The notes under the pieces: model-generated | Told to the model about the DNA's origin: nothing | The model's input: only the letters and a program-made list of their open reading frames with translations | Database searches by the model: none | Made by a program: the position numbers and the translations under genes | Origin: Eledone cirrhosa | Lineage: Eukaryota | Reading direction: 5' to 3' | Length of the DNA: 64,000 bases | Assembly (NCBI GenBank): GCA_964016885.1 | Contig: OZ024743.1 | Coordinates: 167,338,001-167,402,000, forward strand | In this document: positions 30,790-42,713 of the stretch, in pieces | Layout: each line of letters opens with the position of its first letter | Position numbering within the stretch: position 1 is the first letter of the stretch

Positions 30790-31957
30790 GAGAAGAAATT
30801 CCAAACTTGGAAGCAGGGACTAGAAAGAAAGGGTCTCAGTCAACCTGACAAAGACTAAGGTTCTTGTAAGTAGACGAGAAAACAGAACCCAGATCCCCTC
30901 AGGGAAATGGCCTTGCTCAGTATGTAGGAAAGGTGTAGGTAGGAACTCTATTCTCTACCCCAAATGCAAACAATGGGTACACAAGAGATGTAGCGGGATC
31001 TCAGGAAGCTTAATTAAGAATGTAGGCTTCACATGTAGCAGCTGTGCTAGGACACCAAACAGCCACAGGAAACAAGTACCACCAATCTCTGGGAGGGCTC
31101 TGTAGAAACAGTAGACGGCTTCTGCTACCTAGGTGACCGAATTAGCAGCGGAGGTGGGTGTTCAGAAAGTACAATAACTAGGGTGAGAACGGGATGGAAG
31201 AAGTTCAGGGAGTTACTGCCACTGCTAGCTGCAAAAGGCTTTTCCCTCAAAATGAAAGGCAGACTGTATGATGCGTGTATCCGAACAGCAATGTTACATG
31301 GTAGTGAGACCTGGGCGCTGAATGTGGAAGACTTGCGTAGATTAGAAAGAAACGAAGCCTGCATGCTCCAATGGATGTGTAATAGTAATATACGCGAGCA
31401 GCAAAGCATAAATGAATTGAGAGAGAGACTGAGCATAAGAGGAATCAAATGCTGTGTGCAGGAGAGGCGGTTGCGTTGGTATGGACATGTGATGCATATG
31501 AAGGATGCATAAAAAGGTGCAGAGTTCTAGAAGTTGATGGAAACTGCGGAGTGGGGAGACCCAAGAAGACCTGGGATGAGGTGATAAAAGCCGACCTTAC
31601 CCAATTAAACCGCTGGCGTCGCGCAGTAATACAGAATACCTGACCCCCCACGGGTACAAGCTGAAGCATATAGACAATATTCCCCCCCACCCGCCCACTG
31701 CAAAGTGGTCGTGGAAGGGCCACGGCAAAAAAGCACCCAGCCCACACTGTAAAGTGGACATGTAGGCGCCACGTAAAAAGCACCCAGCACTCACTGTAAA
31801 TGAGGTTGGTGTTAGGAAGGGCATCCAGCTGTAGAAATCAAGCCAGATCAGTTCCTGTATGAGCAAGGCATGGTCAGCCGACCGGACACTGCCCACAACA
31901 GGACAACCCGTCTAACCCATGCTAGCGTGGAAGAACGGACGTAAAACGATAATGATG
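30790..31957 (+). mobile_element. 5'-truncated RTE copy (third subfamily)
   Basis: [37 protein letters not shown]; 3' UTR with AGGAAGGGCATCCAGC. Confidence 0.88.
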
Positions 31958-32499
31958 TATTCGCACACGCCTTTCAATACATAAACTTTCATTCATGCAC
32001 ACACATACATACATCCCATTAAGCACACTTACATTCATGCACACACATGCATATATCGTACACTTTTTCCCAGACATTTCACAATACACACACTTGAAAT
32101 TTTAATGTCTTTTCATTACATTTAACTTAAATCTGCCATCCTAACAACTCATCTCCGATCGATCTTTTAAGACCTTCACAGGGATACTGGACCGGACACT
32201 GCCCACAACAGGACAACCCGTCTAACCCATGCTAGCGTGGAAGAACGGACGTAAAACGATAATGATGTATTCGCACACGCCTTTCAATACATAAACTTTC
32301 ATTCATGCACACACATACATACATCCCATTAAGCACACTTACATTCATGCACACACATGCATATATCGTACACTTTTTCCCAGACATTTCACAATACACA
32401 CACTTGAAATTTTAATGTCTTTTCATTACATTTAACTTAAATCTGCCATCCTAACAACTCATCTCCGATCGATCTTTTAAGACCTTCACAGGGATACTG
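31880..32499. repeat. Exact tandem duplication, 2 x 310 bp
   Basis: 31880-32189 equals 32190-32499; spans RTE tail plus flank. Confidence 0.92.
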
Positions 32500-32838
32500 C
32501 CTTGATAATGGTTTTTTAAACCTGAAAATATTTGGGATTATTAAATTTGCTACGGTAAGATTCTATTGTTATCTTGGCACCGTTAATTTTCTAATGCATT
32601 GTATGGTTTTAAAAATTATTTAAATTTATATATCCTATTCAACAATACTTCAAGCAAACTACAACACTCTGATATATATATATATATATATGAATGTATA
32701 TATATATATATATATGAATATAGACATAGAATATTCGAAAATATTCTGTATGTTTATAATAAACATTTTGAAGACCTAATCGCTATAGAATAGAATACGT
32801 CACGTATTACAATTAGATTCTCGATAAAAGCAAGGGAA

Positions 32839-34431
32839 GTAATCTACGCGTTTCATTCTTGTTAGAAATCATCAGGACTACATATCCAGTGCTTTTATCG
32901 AGAATGACACAGCTAGAGACTTATAGAATACTTAGCTGTGTACAGTAACTGGTTTGAAAGAGCGGTTGCCGGTCCGGCAGAAATTAGAAATTGGAATAAA
33001 TGCTCTGAAATAGCGATATATATGTGAATATAGACATAGAATATTCGAAAATATTCTGTATGTTTATAATAAACATTTTGAAGACCTAATCGCTATAGAA
33101 TAGAATACGTCACGTATTACAATTAGATTCTCGATAAAAGCAAGGGAAGTAATCTACGCGTTTCATTCTTGTTAGAAATCATCAGGACTACATATCCAGT
33201 GCTTTTATCGAGAATGACACAGCTAGAGACTTATAGAATACTTAGCTGTGTACAGTAACTGGTTTGAAAGAGCGGTTGCCGGTCCGGCAGAAATTAGAAA
33301 TTGGAATAAATGCTCTGAAATAGCGATATATATGTGAATATAGACATAGAATATTCGAAAATATTCTGTATGTTTATAATAAACATTTTGAAGACCTAAT
33401 CGCTATAGAATAGAATACGTCACGTATTACAATTAGATTCTCGATAAAAGCAAGGGAAGTAATCTACGCGTTTCATTCTTGTTAGAAATCATCAGGACTA
33501 CATATCCAGTGCTTTTATCGAGAATGACACAGCTAGAGACTTATAGAATACTTAGCTGTGTACAGTAACTGGTTTGAAAGAGCGGTTGCCGGTCCGGCAG
33601 AAATTAGAAATTGGAATAAATGCTCTGAAATAGCGATATATATGTGAATATAGACATAGAATATTCGAAAATATTCTGTATGTTTATAATAAACATTTTG
33701 AAGACCTAATCGCTATAGAATAGAATACGTCACGTATTACAATTAGATTCTCGATAAAAGCAAGGGAAGTAATCTACGCGTTTCATTCTTGTTAGAAATC
33801 ATCAGGACTACATATCCAGTGCTTTTATCGAGAATGACACAGCTAGAGACTTATAGAATACTTAGCTGTGTACAGTAACTGGTTTGAAAGAGCGGTTGCC
33901 GGTCCGGCAGAAATTAGAAATTGGAATAAATGCTCTGAAATAGCGATATATATGTGAATATAGACATAGAATATTCGAAAATATTCTGTATGTTTATAAT
34001 AAACATTTTGAAGACCTAATCGCTATAGAATAGAATACGTCACGTATTACAATTAGATTCTCGATAAAAGCAAGGGAAGTAATCTACGCGTTTCATTCTT
34101 GTTAGAAATCATCAGGACTACATATCCAGTGCTTTTATCGAGAATGACACAGCTAGAGACTTATAGAATACTTAGCTGTGTACAGTAACTGGTTTGAAAG
34201 AGCGGTTGCCGGTCCGGCAGAAATTAGAAATTGGAATAAATGCTCTGAAATAGCGATATATATGTGAATATAGACATAGAATATTCGAAAATATTCTGTA
34301 TGTTTATAATAAACATTTTGAAGACCTAATCGCTATAGAATAGAATACGTCACGTATTACAATTAGATTCTCGATAAAAGCAAGGGAAGTAATCTACGCG
34401 TTTCATTCTTGTTAGAAATCATCAGGACTAC
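32839..34431 (-). ncRNA. Six type I hammerhead ribozymes (left coordinates 32839, 33149, 33459, 33769, 34079, 34389; 43 nt each)
   Basis: Reverse complement of the motif at 34550-34592. Confidence 0.9.
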
Positions 34432-34549
34432 ATATCCAGTGCTTTTATCGAGAATGACACAGCTAGAGACTTATAGAATACTTAGCTGTACACAGCTAAG
34501 TATTCTATAAGTCTCTAGCTGTGTCATTCTCGATAAAAGCACTGGATAT

Positions 34550-36452
34550 GTAGTCCTGATGATTTCTAACAAGAATGAAACGCGTAGATTACTTCCCTTG
34601 CTTTTATCGAGAATCTAATTGTAATACGTGACGTATTCTATTCTATAGCGATTAGGTCTTCAAAATGTTTATTATAAACATACAGAATATTTTCGAATAT
34701 TCTATGTCTATATTCACATATATATCGCTATTTCAGAGCATTTATTCCAATTTCTAATTTCTGCCGGACCGGCAACCGCTCTTTCAAACCAGTTACTGTA
34801 CACAGCTAAGTATTCTATAAGTCTCTAGCTGTGTCATTCTCGATAAAAGCACTGGATATGTAGTCCTGATGATTTCTAACAAGAATGAAACGCGTAGATT
34901 ACTTCCCTTGCTTTTATCGAGAATCTAATTGTAATACGTGACGTATTCTATTCTATAGCGATTAGGTCTTCAAAATGTTTATTATAAACATACAGAATAT
35001 TTTCGAATATTCTATGTCTATATTCACATATATATCGCTATTTCAGAGCATTTATTCCAATTTCTAATTTCTGCCGGACCGGCAACCGCTCTTTCAAACC
35101 AGTTACTGTACACAGCTAAGTATTCTATAAGTCTCTAGCTGTGTCATTCTCGATAAAAGCACTGGATATGTAGTCCTGATGATTTCTAACAAGAATGAAA
35201 CGCGTAGATTACTTCCCTTGCTTTTATCGAGAATCTAATTGTAATACGTGACGTATTCTATTCTATAGCGATTAGGTCTTCAAAATGTTTATTATAAACA
35301 TACAGAATATTTTCGAATATTCTATGTCTATATTCACATATATATCGCTATTTCAGAGCATTTATTCCAATTTCTAATTTCTGCCGGACCGGCAACCGCT
35401 CTTTCAAACCAGTTACTGTACACAGCTAAGTATTCTATAAGTCTCTAGCTGTGTCATTCTCGATAAAAGCACTGGATATGTAGTCCTGATGATTTCTAAC
35501 AAGAATGAAACGCGTAGATTACTTCCCTTGCTTTTATCGAGAATCTAATTGTAATACGTGACGTATTCTATTCTATAGCGATTAGGTCTTCAAAATGTTT
35601 ATTATAAACATACAGAATATTTTCGAATATTCTATGTCTATATTCACATATATATCGCTATTTCAGAGCATTTATTCCAATTTCTAATTTCTGCCGGACC
35701 GGCAACCGCTCTTTCAAACCAGTTACTGTACACAGCTAAGTATTCTATAAGTCTCTAGCTGTGTCATTCTCGATAAAAGCACTGGATATGTAGTCCTGAT
35801 GATTTCTAACAAGAATGAAACGCGTAGATTACTTCCCTTGCTTTTATCGAGAATCTAATTGTAATACGTGACGTATTCTATTCTATAGCGATTAGGTCTT
35901 CAAAATGTTTATTATAAACATACAGAATATTTTCGAATATTCTATGTCTATATTCACATATATATCGCTATTTCAGAGCATTTATTCCAATTTCTAATTT
36001 CTGCCGGACCGGCAACCGCTCTTTCAAACCAGTTACTGTACACAGCTAAGTATTCTATAAGTCTCTAGCTGTGTCATTCTCGATAAAAGCACTGGATATG
36101 TAGTCCTGATGATTTCTAACAAGAATGAAACGCGTAGATTACTTCCCTTGCTTTTATCGAGAATCTAATTGTAATACGTGACGTATTCTATTCTATAGCG
36201 ATTAGGTCTTCAAAATGTTTATTATAAACATACAGAATATTTTCGAATATTCTATGTCTATATTCACATATATATCGCTATTTCAGAGCATTTATTCCAA
36301 TTTCTAATTTCTGCCGGACCGGCAACCGCTCTTTCAAACCAGTTACTGTACACAGCTAAGTATTCTATAAGTCTCTAGCTGTGTCATTCTCGATAAAAGC
36401 ACTGGATATGTAGTCCTGATGATTTCTAACAAGAATGAAACGCGTAGATTAC
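34550..36452 (+). ncRNA. Seven type I hammerhead ribozymes (starts 34550, 34860, 35170, 35480, 35790, 36100, 36410)
   Basis: GTAGTC-CTGATGA-TTTCT(AACA)AGAAT-GAAA-CGCG-TA-GATTAC; stem I extended by a 16-bp helix ATTCTCGATAAAAGCA/TGCTTTTATCGAGAAT; predicted cleavage after GUA (34586). Confidence 0.92.
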
Positions 36453-36631
36453 TTCCCTTGCTTTTATCGAGAATCTAATTGTAATACGTGACGTATTCTA
36501 TTCTATAGCGATTAGGTCTTCAAAATGTTTATTATAAACATACAGAATATTTTCGAATATTCTATGTCTATATTCACATATATATCGCTATTTCAGAGCA
36601 TTTATTCCAATTTATATATATATATATATAT

Positions 36632-37037
36632 GAATGTATATATAGTATATTTGGCAATATACTGTATGCTTAATTAAAAGCATTTTGAAGACCTTGTGTT
36701 ATTATTTTAAAGTAGTGACTATGTCACTTCTTTTTTCAACAAACAAAGGGAGATAAGCTGACAGATCTGTTTCACACTGTTGGTGATCATCAGAGCTATA
36801 AGAATCCAACATTTATAATTTTCAACAGACAAAGCGAGTGCTAAGCTCTGATGATTACCAACAGTATGAAACAGATCTGTCAGCTTATCTCTCCCTTTGT
36901 TTGTTGAAAAAAGAAGTAAGTGACATAGTCACTACTTTAAAATAATAGCGCAAGGTCTTCAAAATGCTTTAAATTAAGCATACAGTATATTGCCAAATAT
37001 ACTATGTATACATCGCTATTTCAGAGCACCAATTCTA
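36632..37037 (+). mobile_element. Sister retrozyme-like fold-back element with two hammerheads (36842-36887 +, 36754-36797 -)
   Basis: TAAGCT-CTGATGA-TTAC(CAACA)GTAT-GAAA-CAGATCTG-TC-AGCTTA; 36632-36797 is an inverted copy of ~36844-37012; 3' tail homologous to the 310-mer. Confidence 0.85.
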
Positions 37038-37058
37038 ATATATATATATATATATATA

Positions 37059-37245
37059 TCATCATCATCATCATCATTTAACGTTAATCTTTCATGCTAG
37101 CATGGGTTAGCGAATTGTCTTATTGTGAGACAAGTCAGATCAGATGACCATGTTTTGCTCATACAGAACTATTTCTGACTTGGTTTCTATGGCTTGATGC
37201 CCTTCCTAAGGCCAACCACATTACAGCATGGACTGGGTGCTTTCT
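37059..37245 (-). mobile_element. Decayed RTE/SINE 3' tail
   Basis: (CAT)n, TTTAACGT...CATGCTAGCATGGGTT, GATGCCCTTCCTAA. Confidence 0.6.
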
Positions 37246-38447
37246 ATCATGACATCAGCTTTATCATATCACCAGCACAAGCACCTTACATGGTGGACTA
37301 GGAGCTTCTGTTGTCCTCAGCATGATCACCTTACAGGGTGGACAAAGAGCTTTATATATATGTGTGTGTGATCAAGCAGGTTCATATGTCATAGTGAATA
37401 TAATGAATATAGAGTTAATATGTATATGTTTGCCAATTATGGAATCCTTGTCATACTATGTTACAGTTCGTTCTAAATACTCAAACACTGATTGAGTATT
37501 TATCGTCAGACATTGGTTGACAACTCACCACCCAAACAAAGTAACCTTTATTTTCATTTGCACTCTGAGCACTCTGGAAAATCATGTTTTCCTTAACTAT
37601 AACTCTTTATCATTTAAACCGGCTGTAGCTGGCCAGAATTCTCTATCTGTTCAAACAGGCCATAACTGGCCACTCATACTGATGTTAAGGTATTGTTCTC
37701 AAAATAAATAATACCAAAATCTCATAGATTCGATATTATGTTAGATAATTATGAGATAAAGCCTTTACTGTGAAAATACAATAGTAAATGTAGAGTAATG
37801 GGTATGCTAAAGGGTTAAACCATAAAATTGTGGTTAGGGTGAAATGAACTGAAATGGTTAACTCCCTTTAGAATGTGCCTATTGATTTGTATTGAAAACA
37901 ATAAAAAAACATTTTTTATAAGAAAACCTTTTTTTAGGTTGTTAAAAACAACACAAGGAGAATTTTAAACCATTTCTCCAGGTAAAGCAAGAGATGTTAC
38001 CAGAGTATAATGGAACTTACCCTTGTGGGTAATATGTCAGACCTGAAACTCATCATGGGATACTTCTGGAGGTAATGTTTTGCAGTTAGATGCCTCTCCT
38101 AGTGTCAACCCTTTTAGTCTCCTCTTATCACACACAGGGATACCATGTACTATGTACTTATTCTAAACCAGATACATATGGTTATTAAAGAGAACTCTAA
38201 AAAAGCCCTGATATTCTGTGACAAGATAAAAACCTCTACCCACAGCTGCTCAATAATAGGATGACACAAAATTATTGGAGCTTCCTCACACTCCTATAAC
38301 ATTAACCCATTTGACACCAGAATGACCCTGGTTTTATGATACAAAACTGTTTATTTTAAAATGTTGCTGTGAAGGTTTCCTATATATTTTCATGCTTATT
38401 TTTTCCCTTCTATCTCATCTTTATTTCTAACCATTTTCTGATTCCAG

Positions 38448-38636
38448 AAAGCCATGTTGCAATTTTTGTGTTCCACTAGGAAAATTCTTCAGGTTGTCAG
38501 TGAAACTTCCCTTATTGACAATTCCAAGGAACTAAAGTTCCATTATAATCTGGTAACATCTCTGACTGATCTTTATGAAGGCACACTTCCTGTTAGAACC
38601 CCAAAAGCTGTCTCCTGTAAATTATCACCTACAAAT
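38448..38636 (+). CDS. PARPBP: Probable PARPBP exon (KAMLQFLCST...KLSPTN)
   Basis: Pyrimidine tract + CAG acceptor, GTAAGT donor, 189 nt open, phase 0/0 fits the next exon; no homology recognised. Confidence 0.6.
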
Positions 38637-40265
38637 GTAAGTAATGAAAGTTTATATTCTTGTTATTACCAGAACTATGATAGGGCATGGATGGTATGAT
38701 TAATAGTGCCAAACATAATACCTTGAGGTATTTAGTTAAATGTGGTTCAGATCCAGTAGGGTCAACTTTCTCTTTCATCCTTCTAGAAATGATACCAGTA
38801 ATATACTGAGTTTATATTCAATCAGTTGTGTCAATGGCACAAGAACCTCTTTCTTTTGTTGATGACACAATAAAACAAATCCAGTACACCTTGTAAAATG
38901 GTGATATGAAGGCCATCCAGCCATAGAGACATTGCCAAACAAAGTTGCATCAAAGACATGACAACCTTCGTTATACACCAGTTGAGTACTGACCTGGTCT
39001 GTGAGGACCCATCCAAACCTTGCTAACTGGGAGAACAGCCATTAAATGATGATGATAATGGCAATTACTGCTTCCTCCTAAAATTGGTCCTTTGTGCCAG
39101 TGTAAGGAAATTATCAACACCATATTATTACACTGAACAGGAATATATATTTGAGTTTGTAGGCTCAAAGTGGGTGCAGTAAGAATCATGAATGTCTCTA
39201 GCTAAATTTGATAAGTATGGAACCACGAGTAAATGCACCCAGTCCATTCTGTTTAGTGGTAATGCTGGTGTCACGATAAAGTGCATCCAGTCCACTCTGT
39301 AAAGTGGTAGTGCTGATTTATTTACATAAGCTCCTGTCACATATACATACAAGCTCCTTCTCTTACATACATACAAGTTATAACTCTCTTACATATGCAT
39401 GCTCACAATTCTTTCTTGTGAACATGAACCATACACATAGTCTCTCACTATTGCACAAGCATATATAACGGCTTTCCCGCTTCTGGGACAAGCCGTGGTT
39501 AGTTGTTTACGCCCGGCAGACCAACCCCTTGGGAGATGCTAACCACAGGTCAGATGACGGTTGTTTACGCCGAGCAGAAAAGAGGTCAGATGATATATCC
39601 AGCCTTCTAACTTCAACCGTTATAAATACAAGGGTTGTTTACGCCCGGCAGACCAACCCCTTGGGAGATGCTAACCACAGGTCAGATAATATATCTATGC
39701 TTCTAACTTCAACCCTTATAAATACAAGGATTTGTTTATGCCGAGCAGAAAAAATGAGACCACAGACAAGACAGGACGTACTTCACCAACGCTGTCAATA
39801 CTCCCTTCACGAAAAACAGTCTGTCCACTAATTTCTCACACGCCATTCCCGCCTGGCTGATTGAATCCTACTACTGCTAAGACAAGAAAGTATACTAATA
39901 CACACACACGCACACATAGTAAGTTCACACTGTTGGAATTTTACACGTACCATTTCTGTCTGTCATATTGTATCTTTCAGATACAATACAAATTCTATTA
40001 TAATCATATTCTGTGATATTTGTATTTACGTGGCTCGAAGAACCACCAACTCATTGTACGAATATTTCATGTTATAGATTTTATCATTCAATATTCAAAT
40101 TGAATATTGTTATAATAAAATAAACATTGTAACAACACAATCCTGGTATTATTCTTTGCATTGAAATCATCATACCAACAATTCCATTTAAACGTTACAC
40201 ATATATACCATACTCCTCCCACGTTTCTGTTAAGAAATCTAAATCTTTTACTATCTTTCTACCAG

Positions 40266-40430
40266 AGGTATATTTACCAAGTGTTCTATGCTTACCTTGA
40301 TCTGTTGGTCAATTCCCGCAGCCAAATAAGTCTGGCCCGTATCCTCAATGTTCCTGACCGAGGACTTGACCATCAAGCTTTCACTGACCTCAAGCGTGAA
40401 GCAAAAAAAAGTGGATTGTCCATGTATCAG
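40266..40430 (+). CDS. PARPBP: PCNA-interacting partner (PARI) exon
   Basis: YAYLDLLVNSRSQISLARILNVPDRGLDHQAFTDLK resembles vertebrate PARI as recalled (YLNLLVNSK...LNIPDRGL...AFTDLK); CAG|...|GTAAAC, 165 nt. Confidence 0.88.
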
Positions 40431-40685
40431 GTAAACTAACTTGTTATATTGTTTTATCTTACCTTTTGTCTGAAAATAGATATATACAAGTAAATTCAGT
40501 GAAATTTAAAATTAATTTCTGTTTAAATATCACCATATAAAATGAGTTATTAAACAATATTCAACTAGAATATATAACAGAATTTTAACAGAAGAAAGTT
40601 GTACATTATTGGATTTCAAATGAACTTGGGTGCATATAAAACAAGTATACCATAAAGGTAAAATAGTCTGAACTACTGGAATTTA

Positions 40686-40938
40686 TCATCATCATCATCA
40701 TCATCATTTTACGTCCGCTTTTCCCTGCTTGCAAGGGTGGGACGGGAACTGATTCTGGCTTGATTTCTATAGCTGGATGCCCTTCCTAACACCAACCTCA
40801 TTTACAGTGAGTGCTGGGTGCATTTTTGCCTTGGCACCTATACGTCCACTTTACAGTGTTGGCTGGCTGCTTTTTTGCCGTGGCACCTCCACGACCACTT
40901 TGCAGTGGAATGATAGGAACCCCAGTCCTATCATCTCA
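40686..40938 (-). mobile_element. Truncated SINE with RTE-type tail
   Basis: Matches 20446-20645. Confidence 0.75.
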
Positions 40939-41420
40939 TGTAATATTGTAGGTTTGATTGCTGAATGGTTTTGGTGGTACTGTGTAAGTTGGTAATGACA
41001 GGGTTTAGTTCTTATAGTTCTCTTTAACATCACTATTATTCTCTCCTGTAATTCCATTCAATACTTCTTTGTTCACTTATCCCTGGAAGGGTCATTGGGG
41101 CAGAGTCCTCAAACATGCTATCCAGCAGGTCTTGGCAGAAGTAACCGTCTACAATTGATTCCCAAGTAAGACTAGCCGAGCTCATGAATGTTATCCAACC
41201 ATCTTGCTCGGGGTCTACCCTTGGGTCTCCCGCCAGCTGATTTCGTCCATAAAATCTATCCAGTGTTTCTTTCCTGAGACATTCTAACCACATGCTCATA
41301 ATATTGGAGTTGTGATCTCTCAATTCAGAAAAGTAGTGCCTCCTGCTGGAATGACTTTCTGATCTCCGAGCTATGGACTGCATTCAATACTATTTATTTC
41401 TTTGTTTTCTATATATACAG

Positions 41421-41575
41421 CAAGCTGTTTCTTTTATAACGAAACTGAGACTTGGGGGTAAAGGCTATGCCCCTGATCCTGACAGCCATCTAAGGATGCA
41501 TATGAAGGGTTTGTCATTGTTTATCAACCTCCTTCATAAACTTCAGACCATTATTGAAGAGGATCAAGATATCAG
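41421..41575 (+). CDS. PARPBP: PARI exon
   Basis: QAVSFITKLRLGGKGYAPDPDSHLRMHMKGLSLFINLLHKL resembles PARI SFIRTIELGGKGYAP...LRTHVKGLSNFINF; CAG|...|GTAGT, phase 0/2. Confidence 0.9.
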
Positions 41576-41624
41576 GTAGTAACTGAAACAATTTTTTCAC
41601 CTTAACCTATAATTAATTACTGCG

Positions 41625-42230
41625 CATCGGCGTTTCCCTGAGGCTCTGCCTCCGGATCTGCCAGCCACACCAATGTTGCTGCAGTTCCACCGTGGACTCT
41701 TTCGGCCTCCACCCGCTTTCCTGTTGCCACAGTGCCGACCGCATTCCACGCCATGCTGCCCTCAACGAGGTCAATAAGCATGGCTTGGATGTTGCAGGCT
41801 TCCCTTCCTAGCTCGAGCTGGTGGGGCTGGATCGAGGGAACGGCAAAAGGCCAGATGGCATGACCATCTTCCCATTCCGCGGTGGCAAACCCCTCGTCTG
41901 GGATGCCACTTGCACCGACACTTTCTGCAGCTGCAACCTGGTGCAGTCTGCAACTGACCCAGGTTCTGCTTCACGTTGAGCTGAAGGGGCCAAACTCCTC
42001 AAATACCGGTCTCTCTCTGACAGGTTTGCGGTCGTACCCCTGGCAGTGGAGACTTCTGGTGTCCTCGGCCCCAGAGCTACTTCCTGACTCACCACCATAG
42101 GCTCTGAGCTGGCCAGCCGCAGGTGTGAGGCCTGCGAGTTGGAGTGGTTTTTCCTGTGCGTCTCCCTTGCCATCCTCCGGGGAAACGCCTTCTTCATTCT
42201 GGGCCCCATCGCGTACCGCTGTAGTTGTAG
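41625..42230 (+). mobile_element. CRE-like non-LTR retrotransposon 3' fragment (Zn knuckle + restriction-like endonuclease)
   Basis: [10 protein letters not shown]...RHAALN, GKRPDGMTIFPF..GKPLVWDATC.DT, KY...VPLAVETSGVLG, VSLAILRGNA. Confidence 0.82.
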
Positions 42231-42307
42231 AAGAAACAGGAAGACAACAACTGGAAAGTTTGATTTTCTACTTTATCATTTACTTCTGCATTAATTATTT
42301 GTAGTTA

Positions 42308-42527
42308 GGGCAGTGTGTTGCAGTATCGGTAGATGGTCGGACAATATGCTTTGTTGTATATAGTTACGGATCTTTACATTCTGAATTAAATCCTACTGAG
42401 GTTAGCTTTGACTTTCATCCTTACGGAGTTAACAGAATAAAGTACCAGTAACACACTGGGGTCGATTACATCGATTTTCCCCCCTTCCAAACTTGTTGAC
42501 TTGGTGCCTAAATCAGAAACCATTATT
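42308..42527 (+). mobile_element. Octopus-type SINE (decayed)
   Basis: Homologous to 46052-46237; further decayed copies near 38730, 44740-44930 (-), 45225 and 47945. Confidence 0.7.
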
Positions 42528-42713
42528 GCTGCTATTAAAGTCAGTAGGAGGTAGTAGTATTTAACTCCATTACCCAACACTGAGTTCACATCCAGCTACG
42601 ATAGCATTTCACAAAATAAATAACTAATATTTTCTAAAATTAACTAGATAGACACCAGCTCCCTCCCCTTTTATATGAGTTAGCCATAGGAAATAGATGC
42701 AGCATTAGGTCAC

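Larger units (their letters stand above)
32716..36613. mobile_element. Retrozyme-like array: 310-bp hammerhead-containing monomers arranged as a giant palindrome
   Basis: Period 310 (TAGACATAGA at 32721, 33031, 33341, 33651, 33961, 34271); symmetry axis 34490/34491; ~5.7 units left, ~6.8 units right. Confidence 0.92.

Noticed and set aside
32497-32540. Hammerhead-like TTGATAA-TGGTTT...AAACC-TGAAA-ATAT-TT downstream of the PLE
   Set aside because: Several core mismatches in AT-rich sequence; cannot be supported, though the position would fit a relic.
32716-36613. CRISPR array or ordinary satellite
   Set aside because: No unique spacers or cas genes; eukaryotic context; the hammerhead in every unit and the inversion explain it better.
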